Shown here: positions 27,943 to 42,300 of the stretch, in pieces
Numbering within the stretch: the stretch's first letter is position 1
Layout: every line of letters begins with the position of its first letter
Notes under the pieces: model-generated
Seen by the model: only the letters and a program-made list of their open reading frames with translations
The model's database searches: none
What the model was told of the DNA's origin: nothing
Program-made: the position numbers and the translations under genes
NCBI GenBank assembly: GCA_951406725.2
Contig: OX597832.1
Coordinates: forward strand, 1,364,001-1,428,000
DNA from: Octopus vulgaris
Taxonomy: Eukaryota
Direction of reading: 5' to 3'
Length of the DNA stretch: 64,000 bases

Positions 27943-28579
27943 ATATAATTTGATAGTCTGCATAAAAAGAAAAGAAAACACAATAGCCCATCCCCAAAAT
28001 AAGAGTATTTAAAAACATCAACTATCAACTAGATTATTGACGAGAAATAACAGTTTACTCAAAGTAGCTACCCTCAGCTTCCACGTTGGCCTCAAGACAG
28101 CTCTGAAACCTGACTCATGTGTTCCTTACTGTATCGCTGGGGAGATCTTTGAACATCTCCTTGATCTCAGCCACTATCTTGGCTTTGGTGTTGTAGACAG
28201 TGCAGTTGGTGTCTTTCTCAACTATGCCCTACACATGGTAATCCAGATTACAATCAAGGGAATAGGAAGTTAGAAATTGGGGCTGGTGAAGTCATAAAAA
28301 TTCTCCTACAACTTTTTCCTTATAGTGTTATTCATATCCCAGTCAATATTCCTAATTCTTTCCATTTTGTTTTATTTTCCCATTTTATCTTATTTGATCT
28401 TTAAAAATTTTATTTTAATTTATTCCATTTCAAATACTAAACTAAAATAGTACCCCCAATCCTTATGATTTCTTTTCATTTCAGTTAGGGTTTTCAATAA
28501 TTTTCAAGAAAATGCTCTCAATCTTCATTCATCCCGCCAAATTTTTTGTATTATTCTAAATTTTGTCTACTGCTTTGCT

Positions 28580-30742
28580 ACTGTTGTGGTGAGAGTCACG
28601 ACGCCTTCTCCCGAGAAATAGACTGGACCAAACGATTATAAATAGTAGCAGTCGGAGTGAAGGTGTCGGTCGGTTAGTTCGTTTGGAATATTGATTGTCA
28701 GTTCGTGAAGAGATTGTTGAATCGTTAGATCGCCGGAAAACCTATTAGCTTCTATAATACAGTTGCAAAAGCAACAACAAGAACAGTAACAGGAGTAACT
28801 AATACAGCAACAGCTACAAAAACAACAACAACAACAATTAGTGGGGCTATACGCACAGAAGTCCGAAAATGCGGCAAATTCGTTTTCGCCAGATGGCGTA
28901 TCACACTCCATAACAGAATTCAGTTATAATCCAGAGGTGGGTATAACTTTTGCACAGTACTACAGGAGGTACAAGGAGATTTTTAAGGAAGATTGCAGGA
29001 CATGGTCGGACGAAGAAAAAGTAAGGTTATTATTATGTAAATTAGCTCCGTCTGAGCATGAATGATACTGTATTTTTATATTGCTCAAGAAGTCTAGGGA
29101 AATTTGTTTTCAAGAAACAATCAAATTACTGTTTAACATATTCTCTATTTAACACTCAAATGGAGTGTTGGAATTTACTTAAAAAAGATGATGATGACTT
29201 TATGCAGGAACAGTTAACAGAATGCGTGAAAGTTTTAAGCTTAAAGAACATACTCTTGATGTGTTTAAGAGCCTCATTTTTGTACAAGGCTTTACAGCAA
29301 ATGAAGATACAGAAATACGGGCAAGAATTCTTTCAAAACTTGAAGAAGCGAACCAAGATTTAAACCTGCAGACTGTTACAGAAGATGTCAAAGGATGGTA
29401 AACCTGAAACACAACGTAAGAAAAATCAGAGAAAAGGATTTCGCAAAAATACAGATATGTCGACCGAGAAAGTATAACCAAAGAAGATTGCTAGATCCAT
29501 GTTACGAATGTGGAGGCCTACATTTAAGAAAAGATTGCCCTTTTATAAACCAAAATTGTTACAGTTGTCATAAAATTGGACACATGAGTTCACACTGCAG
29601 AACAAATGTAAAACGACTGTCAAATGTAAAACATTTCAAAGTGCTCTCGGCAAAAAGTAAAATCGACTCCCAAATAAGGAAATTTGTACAAGTAAAAGTA
29701 AATGGAATAAGTATTCTCTTCTACTCTAGGCACAAGACCTGAAATTTTTGGGGACGGGGCCAGTCGATTAGATCGACCTCAGTACACAACAAGTACTTAA
29801 TTTCCCGAAAGGATGAAAGGCAAAGTCGACCTCGGCGGAATTTGAACTCAGAACGTAAAGACACGAAATACCTATTTCTTTACTACCAACAAGGGGCTAA
29901 ACATAGAGTGGACAAACAAGGACAGACAAAGGGATTAAGTCGATTACATCAACCCCAGTGCGTAACTGGTACTTAATTTATCGACCCCGAAAGGATGAAA
30001 GGCAAAGTTGACCACAGCGGAATTTGAACTCAGAACGTAATGACAGACGAAATACCGCGAAGCATTTCGCCCAGCGTGCTAACGTTTCTGCCAGCTCGCC
30101 GACTTAATGGAGTAAATATTCTTTTCTACTCTAGGCACAAAGCCTGAAATTTTGGGGGAGGGGACCACTCAATTAGATCTATCCCAGTACGCAACTTGTA
30201 TTTATTTAATCGACCCTGAAAGGATGAAAGGCAAATCGACCTCGGCGGAATTTGAACTCAGAGCGTGGAGACAGACGAATTACGCTAAGCATTTCATCCG
30301 GTGTGCTAACGATTCTGCCAGCTCACCGGCTTCTTAATGGAGTAAATATTTATTTGCGTATTGCCCACACAGGGCTAAACATAGAGGAGACAAACAAGGA
30401 CAGACAAAGGGATTAAGTTCATTACGTCAACCTCAGTGCATAACTGGTACTTATTTAATCGACACCGAAAGGATGAAAGGCAAAGTCGACCTCGGTGGAA
30501 TTTGAACTGAGAATGTAACGGCAGACGAAATACGGCTAAGCACTTCGCCCGGCGTACTAACGATTCTGCCAGCTCGCCGCCCTTTCAATGGAGTAAATAT
30601 TAAATTACAACTGGATACTGGTAGTGACATTTCAATCATTAACACCGACGCGTGGAAGAAAATAGGGAAACGTATGTTAAGAAAAACAACGAAAACTGCA
30701 CATGGCATGACGGGTGATAAACTACACTTTGTAGGCGAAATG
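28580..30742 (+). mobile_element. Gypsy LTR retrotransposon relic (gag zinc knuckles plus protease), interrupted by SINEs
   Basis: EFSYNPEVGITFAQYYRRY; CYECGGLHLRKDC and CYSCHKIGHMSSHC; protease VNG...LQLDTGSDISII resumes at ~30587. Confidence 0.85.
29716..30582 (-). mobile_element. Cluster of ~4 tRNA-derived SINE copies of one family
   Basis: Repeated atcgaccccgaaaggatgaaaggcaaagtcgacctcggcggaatttgaactcag...ctgccagctcgcc; reverse strand has A box (tggcagaatcg) and B box (gagttcaaattc). Confidence 0.88.
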
Positions 30743-30744
30743 TG

Positions 30745-33700
30745 GATCCTGCTCTTCCTCCGTCCTCATTGCTGGTGGTGCTGCTGCACTCTTCATTGGT
30801 CTCCATTAGGGCTGTCTCTATGACGGTCTCCACGGCGTTCGTTACTCTGCTAACCTGGCTGTTAGTATACTGCTCCAGCCAGGAGTATACTGCTTCCAGA
30901 ACAGGAAAAACTTTGGGTAGAAGGTAGCAGTCAGCTGGCACTCCCAGTCTTCTAGGAGGAGTCCAAACTTTTTCGTGATGCCTGCCAGTATGGCGTCTAC
31001 CACTGGGCTGCAGTAAGATGTTTGAACACGGCTTCCTTCACTTCATGGCGGTAGCCGCTACAGTTGGCAGAAGGTTTCCGAGATAGGCTTGGTCCTCCAC
31101 CTAGATTTTATCCAAGGCCTTGGCAATATTAGACATCACCTGGGCGTACTCCATCAGGAAGCCAAAATCAGAATCAGTGAAGATCTGCAGCTTCAGCTAT
31201 GTCATCACTCTGTGGATAGCTGTCCTGTACTTCTCCAGCAGGTTGTTGAGAACAACAACAAAGTCATAGGTAGAGTTCTATCTGGTACTACTAGGAACCA
31301 CCAGCTTCTCCTTCAACGCGTCCAGAATGCTGTCTGTCACCACCGTGTTGCGGCTCTGCAGATCCCACAGCTGCTATGCCTTGACTTTCCTCTAGGTTGA
31401 CTCGAACGAAGTGCTGTCAAGAGCCCTATCAGCATCCACGCTGGTTACCAAATAGAAGATATGGGCTGCGCCCTTCATGTGCACTGGCAGGTTGAGGACC
31501 AGGCTGCAAGACTTGTCAAGGATGGCATCAACAGAGATGTACTCAACTTCGTCCACATCCCAAGCCTCGGAATCCATACCCAGGTCCACATTCTCGACAC
31601 TCTCCACGTCCGGATCGGCAGCAGCCTCAGGAATGTCTGGCAAGAGTTCAACTTCTGTACTAAACTGCATAAATACCATGACAAAGATTTTGCCATTGTC
31701 CGTCATAGTCCTGGTCACCTTATCTTGCAGATGGAACTTGTAATGAGTGTCCATGGAGAACATCAAAGGTGTGATGTCCTCTGAGCCGAGAGCAGGCCAG
31801 GACGGCGTGTTGTGCCGTGCAGGTCTTTGGATCCAGCCAGTGTGCCGTCATCCCCAGGTAAAACGTATTGTGGAGCGGCCAGTAGTCCGTGGTGGTCGCC
31901 ACTCAGAGGACATCCTTGAGCAATCTGTAATTAAACACACACACACACACACACACACATACTAGCTTGTATACCCGGTAATTTTCGGAGGTAAAGATGT
32001 TCTATTGAAACGTTTTGTTACTCTGATATAAGAAAGCAATTTCCTCATAACTGCCACATAACTTCCATCACGAAAAAGTACAAAAAACTGTCAGCTGGAG
32101 GAGGGTGAGATTGTTGGAGGTTGGCGAGAGAGGTTTTCGGAGATTGGCAAGAAAGATTGTTGGAGGTTGGTGAGAGAGGTTGTGGAGGTAGGCGAGAGGC
32201 AAAGACATTATTCTGCTTAGCGAAGGCATCTGGAACTGCTATCATTCACAGAAAAAATATTGTTTTACCGTGAGAAAAGCGCTGTTGAAGTGCTAAGTGA
32301 AATTTGGCAATCGAGGATCGAATCAATGCTGTGCTTGCATGAAGCCACTACAAATGCGTTGTGGAATAAAAAATTTATCTACTGTCATGGAAAAGGGGTA
32401 ACTGTAAAAATGCAGAATTATCGGAGTAATGGACATTCAAAAAAGTATGTATGAATGAAGTCTTTAAGAATTAAGATTCAACTTAAGGAAGTGCAATAAT
32501 AATGATTAGCAGTTCAAAACTGTGAGTAGTGAAATGCAGAATTAGGTTGGCTGATCGTGAGAATTAAATATTATTCGCTTCGCTAAAATCTGCAGGTGGT
32601 ATGGGTTGTTTAAATGAAATATTAGTAATATGTGGTAGATAGAAGGATCCATTGGAAGGGTCCTATTATAATTTTTTTTCAACAATCTAAGTATGTCACG
32701 TGGTTTCCAGACATGAGTTCTACTCACGTGTCAAATAAAGTATAAAAGTGATATTGTCTGCAAAAATTAGAAATAGGACACTCAAAAAATCAATTTTCAC
32801 AGTAATCGAACATAAACAATGAAATGGGTTATTTCCCTTGAATGTTGTACAGGTACTATTGTACAGGTGCTATGGGTTATTTTCCTTGAATATTAAAAAA
32901 ATTAGTTATATGCGGTAGATATAAAGGTCTCTTCCAGGAGCCCTATTATCGATTTTTTCAATAATCTAAGTATGTCACGAGGTTTCCAGACATTAGTTTT
33001 ATTCACGTGTCAAGTTTCATCAAAATCAATAAAGCGATGTAGGAGGAGTTAGCTAACAACGCCACAAACAAACACACACACCGATTTTCCAGTTGTATAG
33101 TAGATAAACTGACGCAGAGTATGATCAAGGCCTGCTAAAAAAAAAACCCAAAACTACCCTCTCATCCGCATCTCCATGCAAGCTACAATGGTTTGTGTGA
33201 ACATGCGATTTGTACAAGTTTTCGTAGGTAGGAAGGAGGTAAGGCATTTGATCGCCATATCTTATAACCATAGTTTTGTTTATAGAAATCACGCAGATTG
33301 TAGTTTAACATTTGTTACTAGGCTGTTCTAAATTCATGAAAATATTGCTTATAATTTAAAGCCTTGTTATTACACTTTTGAAATTAGTGACACAAACCTG
33401 TTAGGTGACATGAGGAGGTGAATAACCGAGATAGGGTGGGTGGGTGGAATGATGGACGGAATTCGATAACTTCAGAACTTAAGGTTCATTTATTCATTAT
33501 TTCATTAAAGACTGCTGTTTTGGCTATGCAGACTTAATCATGAGAGGAATATATATATATATATACTGTATATTATATATTATGACATTTATTTCAATTA
33601 GATATTATACATTTTATTACATTAGTTAAGAAAATAATTATTTGATAAATGATTAAATCAAATTAAGAAAATATGAAGCACACCATAATAATAATAATAA

Positions 33701-34420
33701 TTTAATAAACTTCTATAATTCTAATTTATAAATACCTTGTAAGATACTCCTCCAGCTGTTTTTGGCTGGCCAAGATCATCCAACCCAAGGTACAGTGAGA
33801 CATCGACGTCTTGCTGGGATTCAACGTCTTGATCAGGCTGACAAAGGTGGGGGACTCCACTACATTCAGCAGTAGCATGTCGACAAACAGGTCTACAGTC
33901 CTTCTGTTCACCATAGACTGACGGACGTCAGTGCCAGTAGTTTTGGTAAATGCCTCGCCAATGCTAGGCTAGTGTGCTTTCTTAGCATGTGGCTGAAATG
34001 ACTGGCTACTTGCACTGCTACCAGAAAATTGTCTGTGTTTCCACAGGAAGAGCCAGCATTGATCCTCTCCTCAAACTGGATGGCATGTACTGGGTGTTTC
34101 CACTTGAAATGCGACTTCAAGTTGTAGAGGTTTGCCACTTGTCCCTTGATGATGGTCTCCTTGGGTTGGCACATAACACACCGGAAGTATAGAATTTTGG
34201 CGTTCCTATTATCCCTTGACGTAAGAACAAAGTAGTTCTCCATATGGGACCACGGGTTCTGAGACTCATGGCTCTGAACCTGAGTGACCTCTGCCTCGTC
34301 CACAGCCATTGCAGGCTCCTCAATAGGTCCTTCATCCTCAGACTGAAAAAAAAGCTTCTTCACCTTCCACAACGATAAGCGATAACTTGATAAGCCGATA
34401 ACGTATACTGCTGTCGCTGG
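30745..34420 (-). mobile_element. hAT transposon relic with BED finger and intron-containing transposase
   Basis: W...YF...FRCVMC...NLKSHFKWKH (BED finger), VVESPTF, ATTTDYW..YLGMTAHW and VTRTMTDNG; stops and frameshifts. Confidence 0.85.
31962..33104 (-). mobile_element. Non-autonomous Helitron
   Basis: On the minus strand begins A|TC at 33104 and ends CTAG|T at 31962, with a short GC hairpin (ccg...cgg) ~10 nt from the 3' end; internal diverged duplication ~32620-32735 / 32900-33012. Confidence 0.65.
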
Positions 34421-34559
34421 CACTGTAAGATTGTCTGTTGTGACAACGTGCTGCTGCACTGACCAATCACGTCTTGTCACGTACTTATTTATAATTTGCA
34501 AGTGGGGGATAAACATAAACACAAACACACACACATACACACACTCACATGCATATGTA

Positions 34560-36110
34560 TCTTTATTGTTATGTATTCCAACACAACGGCTGTTACCATC
34601 CTGGGTACCACCATTTTCATGACCCTTTCAATGGCCATCCTTATGTTGTTGGCTTTCAATGTATGAGTGAGTTTGATATTGTTGCTCTTATTTCAATTTC
34701 TCAGTGCAATATGGGTCCAATTGAGACCTTGTACAGCAGAAGGTCAAGGTTCTTGAAATTATCTACCCCATTCCAATAGATTCCTCAGGATTTTTGAAGA
34801 GATTAAAGAGCTGCTGACCCCTTGAAACCCAGGCTATACGGGGTGATTGGGACCTTTGGCACTGTTCTGTGGCATCCTGTTTGGGAGGTTGTAAAACACT
34901 CAATGCCAAAGTTTGGTTCCAGACCTGCCAGAATTTTCCCAGCCTTTGTTCCCTGCATATCTTCCCTGCCTTTGTTTAACTTCTTCCAGTAGCTCAACTA
35001 TCTCAGTGAAGCAATCTCCTTGGTATAGCACTTCTGAATTTTTTCAAGTTCTATAATTAGTTTGATTCAATGGCGTGACCATAGATGAGATTAGTAGTCC
35101 AAATAGTGGATAGCTAACGTCCTCCAAAGGACCAGCATAGTCCTGAAAGTTCTCAGAATCCAGCCAGCCATCTACCTGCATGTTTCCACCATCTTAGTAA
35201 TATGACATGAAACCAAATATCGCTTTTCATATCAATTTCCAGGTGATGCACTGATTTTGCTTTTGGGATTGCTGGTCCTTCTGGTCTGAAATATCTTTCA
35301 TGCAGTGTGTTGACACAATCTAGCTGATAGTGGAGGGATTAGAATTTTCTTGCATTTAACTGCATGTTGTTTCATTGATTGATTGTGCTACTTTTGTATC
35401 ACCAGCATAGCTAGTGAGAGTGGCTGCCAGTATAACTGATAGTAAGTTTGAGAGATCCACCACATAACAGCAGTGGTCCAAGACAGTTCCCTGTGGCACT
35501 CTACTCACAATTAATGCCTCCTTTGAAGGGGCTTCACTGGTGGCTACAACCTGGCTTCTTTCTTTTAAGAAGTCATATAACCACTTTCCCAGTTTTCCAA
35601 CTATGCCAAATCCATGTTGTTTGTGATATGTTATCCCATCATCAACCATATCAAAGGCATTTGCAAAATCAAGATATATCACATCCCTGTTTGAGCAATT
35701 CATATGTTGTCATAATGCTGCCATATGTTGTCATATGTTGTCACACCTAGTCATAATGCTTCATAAACTATGTAAAGCAGCTTATACCTGATCAGAAGCC
35801 ATGTTGGGTGTCAGAAAGCAAGTCTAGGAATGTGATCAGCTTCCTCCTAACAATTTGTTCCATTTCTTTACTAATATGTGAAGTTAGACAGGCCTGTAAT
35901 TTTTAGCATTCGCTCTACTTCTGCCTTTATGGATAGGACATAATATGCCCTCCTTTAACTTTCTGGGAAGTCTACCATGGCAAAGCTGCTTTGGAAGAGG
36001 ATCTGCAGTGGTCTTGCTAGGGCTCATTTGTATTCTTTTAGAAGGATTGCTGGGAATCCATTAGGACCTGTGGCTGAGCTTAAGCCCATTACATCAATAG
36101 CAGATATTAC
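34560..36110 (-). mobile_element. CR1/L2-group LINE, degraded RT
   Basis: DVIYLDFANAFDMVD, SRVPQGTVL and TSYAGDTK; same family as 16352-17283. Confidence 0.85.
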
Positions 36111-36129
36111 ATTAGTTTTCTTTATTTTG

Positions 36130-36185
<56 letters not shown>

Positions 36186-36648
36186 TTGTAAGTTTTGGGG
36201 ATTGATGGGTATCTGTTGAGTAAATCATGTTAACAGTTTTGGCTACCTGGTGTCATCAACAGTGGGAATATATTTCCTATGGATCTCTGGATCCATGTCA
36301 GAAATTCCGTAGTGTTAGTTGAGATAATAATAATTGAGGAAGGAAATGGAAGATAGATTTAGCACTAGTCTTTATTCAACACAATGATAATTTTGTACAT
36401 ATATATATATATGTACTTTAATATTTGTACATATCTATTTGTCTACTTCTCTCAAATCTGTACCTATGTATGTATAAGTTGGTAGCTGTATACATGTATG
36501 TACAAATTTGTATATAGGTATGTATATATGTAGGTGTGTATACATGTATAAATATAAGAATATATATATATATCAGTATGTGTATGAATGCATGTAGTAT
36601 ACACATGTGTGTGAGTGTGTGTGCATATATTTATACACACACACACAC

Positions 36649-36686
<38 letters not shown>

Positions 36687-36872
36687 TATATATATATATA
36701 CACACACACATATATATATGTATACACATATATATCTATACATATACACACACACACACACACACATAAATATATATATAAATTTGTACTTGTGTGTTTG
36801 TGTATGTATGTGTAGATATGTGTGTATGTCTGCTCGTATGTGTGTGTGTATGTATATATATATGCATATAAA
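36130..36872. repeat. Compound (TA)/(CA)/(TG) low-complexity region
   Basis: Directly visible. Confidence 0.9.
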
Positions 36873-37293
36873 TATAGAGTAGTGGTACAATAAAGCAGTC
36901 GATAAATTTATGACGCTATAGTAAAACCCGACTGTGTATATACTGGCAAAGACGTGTGGGGGTAGCGAACATAAAAAAATTTCGGCTTACCTCTATGAAG
37001 AACATTAGATGAATGGATAAACCAGAATCGGATAATCTAGTACCTAGGTTTCGGACTCTTCAAATACATTTGTTATCGTAAATTCGATTAGTCTTCTTGA
37101 GCTAGATTTGCCTGGACAATATTCCAAATGTTACCACATCTAAAGAATAGAGCAGTTATTAATACAACAAAATTTAAATTTTGGACATAGAGTTACCAAA
37201 GGTTTTGTATCCACAAAGTCAAAGCCTTGTGAACAGCTTGTCAGACTCTATACAAAGACAAAAAATTCAAACTTTCAACGTCACAAAAAAATA

Positions 37294-37933
37294 ATAATTT
37301 TTTGTAACTGAACACTTTCAAACCTCGGACACTGGTAGAATGTCATATAAAACATCTTTTACTCTTAGCATTTTGGAGAAAAACATATATTTATGAAGTA
37401 ATTTCACGTTAAAGTAGTCCTATCTCGGTACTTTCAACCAATCAATGACGTGCATTCAGTTGAATAAAATTACAGCAGTGTATTTTTCTTTTGTCACTGT
37501 TATTTATGACAACCCTAACCCTAAAACCTTAACCCTAACCCTAAAACCCTAACCCTAACCCTAAAACCCTAACACTAACCCTAAAACCTTAACCTTAACA
37601 CCCTAACCCTAAAACCCTAATCCTAACCCTAAAGCCCTAACACCCTAACCCCTTAAAGCTAAAACCAGTACAAACACATGAACGATGACATAAATAACAG
37701 TGACAAACGAAATATACACCGCGGATAGTTGTTGTTGACAAACAACGGCAGTAATTTTATTCAGCTGAATACACATCACTGATTGGTTGAAATTACCGAA
37801 ATAGGACTATTTTAATGTGAAATTACTGTGTAAATATAAGCTTTTCTCAAAAATGCTAAGAGTAAAAGATGTTTTATATGACACATTCTACCAGTGTCCA
37901 AAGTTTGAAAGTGTTTAGTTACAAAAAATTATT
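37294..37933. mobile_element. MITE with ~200-bp terminal inverted repeats around a telomere-like (CCCTAA) core
   Basis: aataattttttgtaact...ctggtagaatgt...ttactcttagcatttt is mirrored at 37843-37933; aaccctaaccctaaa repeats at 37511-37660. Confidence 0.85.
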
Positions 37934-38438
37934 TAAGTCTTAACATATAAAAACGTTAATGATGACGGGTTGTCTCCCTTGAACCAGAGGATAAAACAAC
38001 CCTTATAGACCTGAAAAGGCCTAACCAGCAAACGGGGAGATACAATTTTCCAGGAGGTAGCGCTTGAAGTGAACACATTTAGAAAAAACTCCTTTACGAC
38101 TATTTATTATGCTCCTTGATTTTATTTCCCACATTCAGGTTTTCTCATTGGTAATGCTTTCCTGTATGTATACATAAATATAATTGTTTTCCCTAAATAT
38201 ATTGCACTTCAGGTTTGAGGCTTCAAAAAAGCTATGTAAAGTTCATATGATAATTGCTTATTCTTCTCTCTTCCTTTACTCTAGTATCCCATCTATGTTC
38301 TGACACTTTGTCACCTGCTCTCTCTTGCACTCTCGCTGTTTTCCTCTCTCTCTCTCTCTCTCTCTCTTTTCTTGCTGTTTCTTCTGGCTGGGTAACCAGC
38401 CTTTACAACAGCACACCTGTCTCTGCCCTCATTATTGA

Positions 38439-38475
<37 letters not shown>

Positions 38476-38599
38476 AACCATGTACCTCCTCTACAACAAG
38501 ACACCTGTTTCTGTCTCTCTGTCTCTCTGTCTCTCAGTCACACTCTAACCCTTCATCATCTGACGCAAGATCACCTCCTCCAATACCCCCTCGCCTCTC

Positions 38600-38834
38600 A
38601 AAAGATTTTTGTCTTGCAAGTTACTTAGTGACCCAGTCAGTGCTCATGCCATATAAAAAGTATTCAGTCCACACTGTAAAGTGGTTAGCATTTGGAAGGG
38701 CATCCAGCTATAAAGCCATGCAAATACTGTCCTTGCCTGTGTTTGTGCCACGTAAAAAGGACTCAGTCCACTCTGCTGATGGTTGCCAGCATGGAAGGGA
38801 AACATTAAATAAAGATGATGATGATGATGATGAT
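38600..38834 (+). mobile_element. RTE LINE 3'-end fragment
   Basis: ggaagggcatccagct...gccagcatggaa...(GAT)n. Confidence 0.75.
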
Positions 38835-38835
38835 T

Positions 38836-38847
38836 ATATATATATGT

Positions 38848-38913
<66 letters not shown>

Positions 38914-38946
38914 ATATGCATATATATATATATATGTATGTATATA

Positions 38947-39023
<77 letters not shown>

Positions 39024-39029
39024 ATATGC

Positions 39030-39061
<32 letters not shown>

Positions 39062-39067
39062 ATATGC

Positions 39068-39099
<32 letters not shown>

Positions 39100-39330
39100 A
39101 TATGCATATATATATATATATGTATGTATATATGCATATATATATATATATATGTATGTATATATGCATATATATATATATGTATGTATATATGCATATA
39201 TATATATATGTATGTATATATGCATATATATATATATGTATGTATATATGCATATATATATATGTATGTATGTATGCATATATATATATATGTATGTATG
39301 TATGCATATATATATATATGTATGTATGTA

Positions 39331-39368
<38 letters not shown>
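38836..39368. repeat. Higher-order (TA)n minisatellite, unit TGTATGTATATATGCA(TA)n
   Basis: Directly visible, roughly 14-15 units. Confidence 0.95.
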
Positions 39369-39370
<2 letters not shown>

Positions 39371-42300
39371 TAAATATAAATTAAATTAGAGATAAAACCA
39401 CTATTAGGCAAATCAAACAGTGAAGGACATAAACCAAAACAAAAATAAATATAATTAATATAATATACAAAATAAATAAAATACAAAATTTAGAATTTAA
39501 ATTATCTAAATCTAAAATTTATATTTATAAATTTTTATATTTTTATATTTTTTAAAAATTTAAATTTATAAATTTTAAAACTTTTAATTATAAACGTATA
39601 ACCTATCTTAAAAGAACCGTATAACTATTTAACGTTCTATATATCTCGTTGGCTAATTAATAAATTACAGATAACATACAGTTATAATCTAATAATGAAA
39701 TACATATCTTCAACAACTAAATAATTATACAATCAAATTAACAATCAATAGTTATATAGTATCCAATATAATACAATATAACATAAATTATTAAAATAAC
39801 TTTAATAAAAAGGTTTACTTAGCTTTCAAAAATCGTGTCATAAACTAAACTTATAATAAACAGATGGAAAATTCTTTTAACAAAGAAAACTACGAATAGA
39901 TTTTATCAATGAAAATTACTAATAAATATTATCAATGGAAAATGACTATATTTAGGCTATAATAGAACAAAGTCGCTATTAGAGATACCTATGAATATAT
40001 AATATGGCTTAAAAAACATAATAAACTCACGAATATCGTTAACTCAGTTATAGTCCAAAATTTAATTACCAAATTATTTCACTAAATAATTATTTTAGAT
40101 TTAAGTACACATCTAATAATTATAAAATATTTAAAAAATAATAACTAAATTATTATCAACAAATATAGTGATTAAAATCTAAAATTTACGCTATCAATAA
40201 ATGTATAGACATATAAAGAAAAATAAATAAATTAATTAATCCAGTACTACTTACATAAGTATCAAATGTTAATATAATATATTTATGAGATACATTTAAA
40301 AAATTTAAAGATTAAAATCAAATTATAAACCAGTAACCTAACTTTAAAATACCGTATAACTATTAACGATCTATATATCTCTTTGGCTAAGTAATATCTT
40401 ACAATAACGTACAGTTATAATCTAATAATTATATACATATCTTCAACAACGAAATCATTATGATAACAATCAGTATTTATATAGTATACAAAATAATACA
40501 ATAAGACTTATTAAAATACTTTAAAATCTTAAATAGAAATAGATTACTTAGCTTTCAATGGCCGTGTCATGAACTAAAATTTTAAAACGGAGAACGTCTT
40601 TTAAGCGTTTATAAGAATACTCGTGGAATTACATTATTAACATAAATAGAATAAATAGATGAAAAATTCTTTTAACAATGAAAACTAGGAATATATTTTA
40701 TCAATGAAAATTATGAATAAATATTGTCAATGGAAACAGCTATAGTTTATCTATAAATGTAAATAGAACTAAGTCACTATTAGAGAATAAAACCACTATA
40801 TACTATAAGGTTTATCATTAAAAATAAACACAATAAATTATACTCAATACTCAATAAATTAAATAATTAATATAACGACCAATTACTGTGTATACTCTAA
40901 AAATCTTATAAGATTTAATTAATTTATATAAAAAAAATTACGTAGTAGTCAAATTAATATAAATAAAAAATAAAAGAATAACTATTAGACACATTCAAAA
41001 TGAATTCAGTAGTAATTCAAGCATTATCTGTAATATGACCACTAATTAATATAATAACTATATTCTAATAAAATTCATTGTATAATATTAATTAAATAAA
41101 CATCTAAATAAATCTACTTCAAATATATAGAAAATACATACAAATTGATTAATTTAACAAATTTATAACAAACTATATACTTAACTCTAGTATAAGATAA
41201 ATATATATTTATATCATATATCATATTAATACTGAAAATATTATTCTCTAGTAATAATTTTTGAGTAGGTTATTCTACCACTAATAGTGTAGGTACATTA
41301 TTTCTTCTTTTAACAAATTTAAGTTGAATAATTTTTTAAATGTATCTCATAAATATATTATATTAATATTTAATATTTATGTAAGTAGTATTGGATTAAT
41401 TAATTTATTTATTTTTCTTTATATGTCTATACATTTATTGATAGCGTAAATTTTAGATTTTAATCACTATATTTGTTGATAATAATTTAGTTATTATTTT
41501 TTAAATATTTTATAATTATTAGATGTGTACTTAAATCTAAAATAATTATTTAGTGAAATAATTTGGTAATTAAATTTTGGACTATAACTGAATTAACGAT
41601 ATTCGTAAGTTTATTATGTTTTTTAAGCCATATTATATATTCATAGGTATCTCTAATAGTGACTTTGTTCTTAAATATAGCCATTTTCCATTGATAATAT
41701 TTATTAGTAATTTTCATTGATAAAATCTATTCGTAGTTTTCATTGTTAAAAGAATTTTCCATCTGTTTATTATAAGTTTAGTTTATGACACGATTTTTGA
41801 AAGCTAAGTAAACCTTTTTATTAAAGTTATTTTAATAATTTATGTTATATTGTATTATATTGGATACTATATAACTATTGATTGTTATTAGATTATAACT
41901 GTATGTTATCTGTAATTTATTAATTAGCCAACGAGATATATAGAACGTTAAATAGTTATACGGTTCTTTTAAGATAGGTTATACGTTTATAACTTGTTTT
42001 TCATCTTTAATTTTTTAATAGATTTCATAAATATATTACGTTGATATTTAATATTTACGTAGTAATAATGGACTAATTAATTTATTTAGTTTTCATTATA
42101 TGTTTATTGATAGTGTTAATTATTATATTTATTGATAATAATTTAGTTATTATTCTTAAATATTTTATAATTATTAGATTTGAACTTAAATTTAAAAAAT
42201 ATGAATAGTGATTATTTTGCTAAATAATTTGGTAATTAGATATTGACTATAACTGAGATTAGGTTATTCGTGAGTTTATTAGGTTTTTATAGCCATATTA

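Noticed and set aside
41775-41815. Additional hammerhead candidates (TATGA...GAAAGCTAAGTA, with inverted copies near 39815-39845 and 40545-40575)
   Set aside because: The CTGANGA core and stem II are not convincingly present
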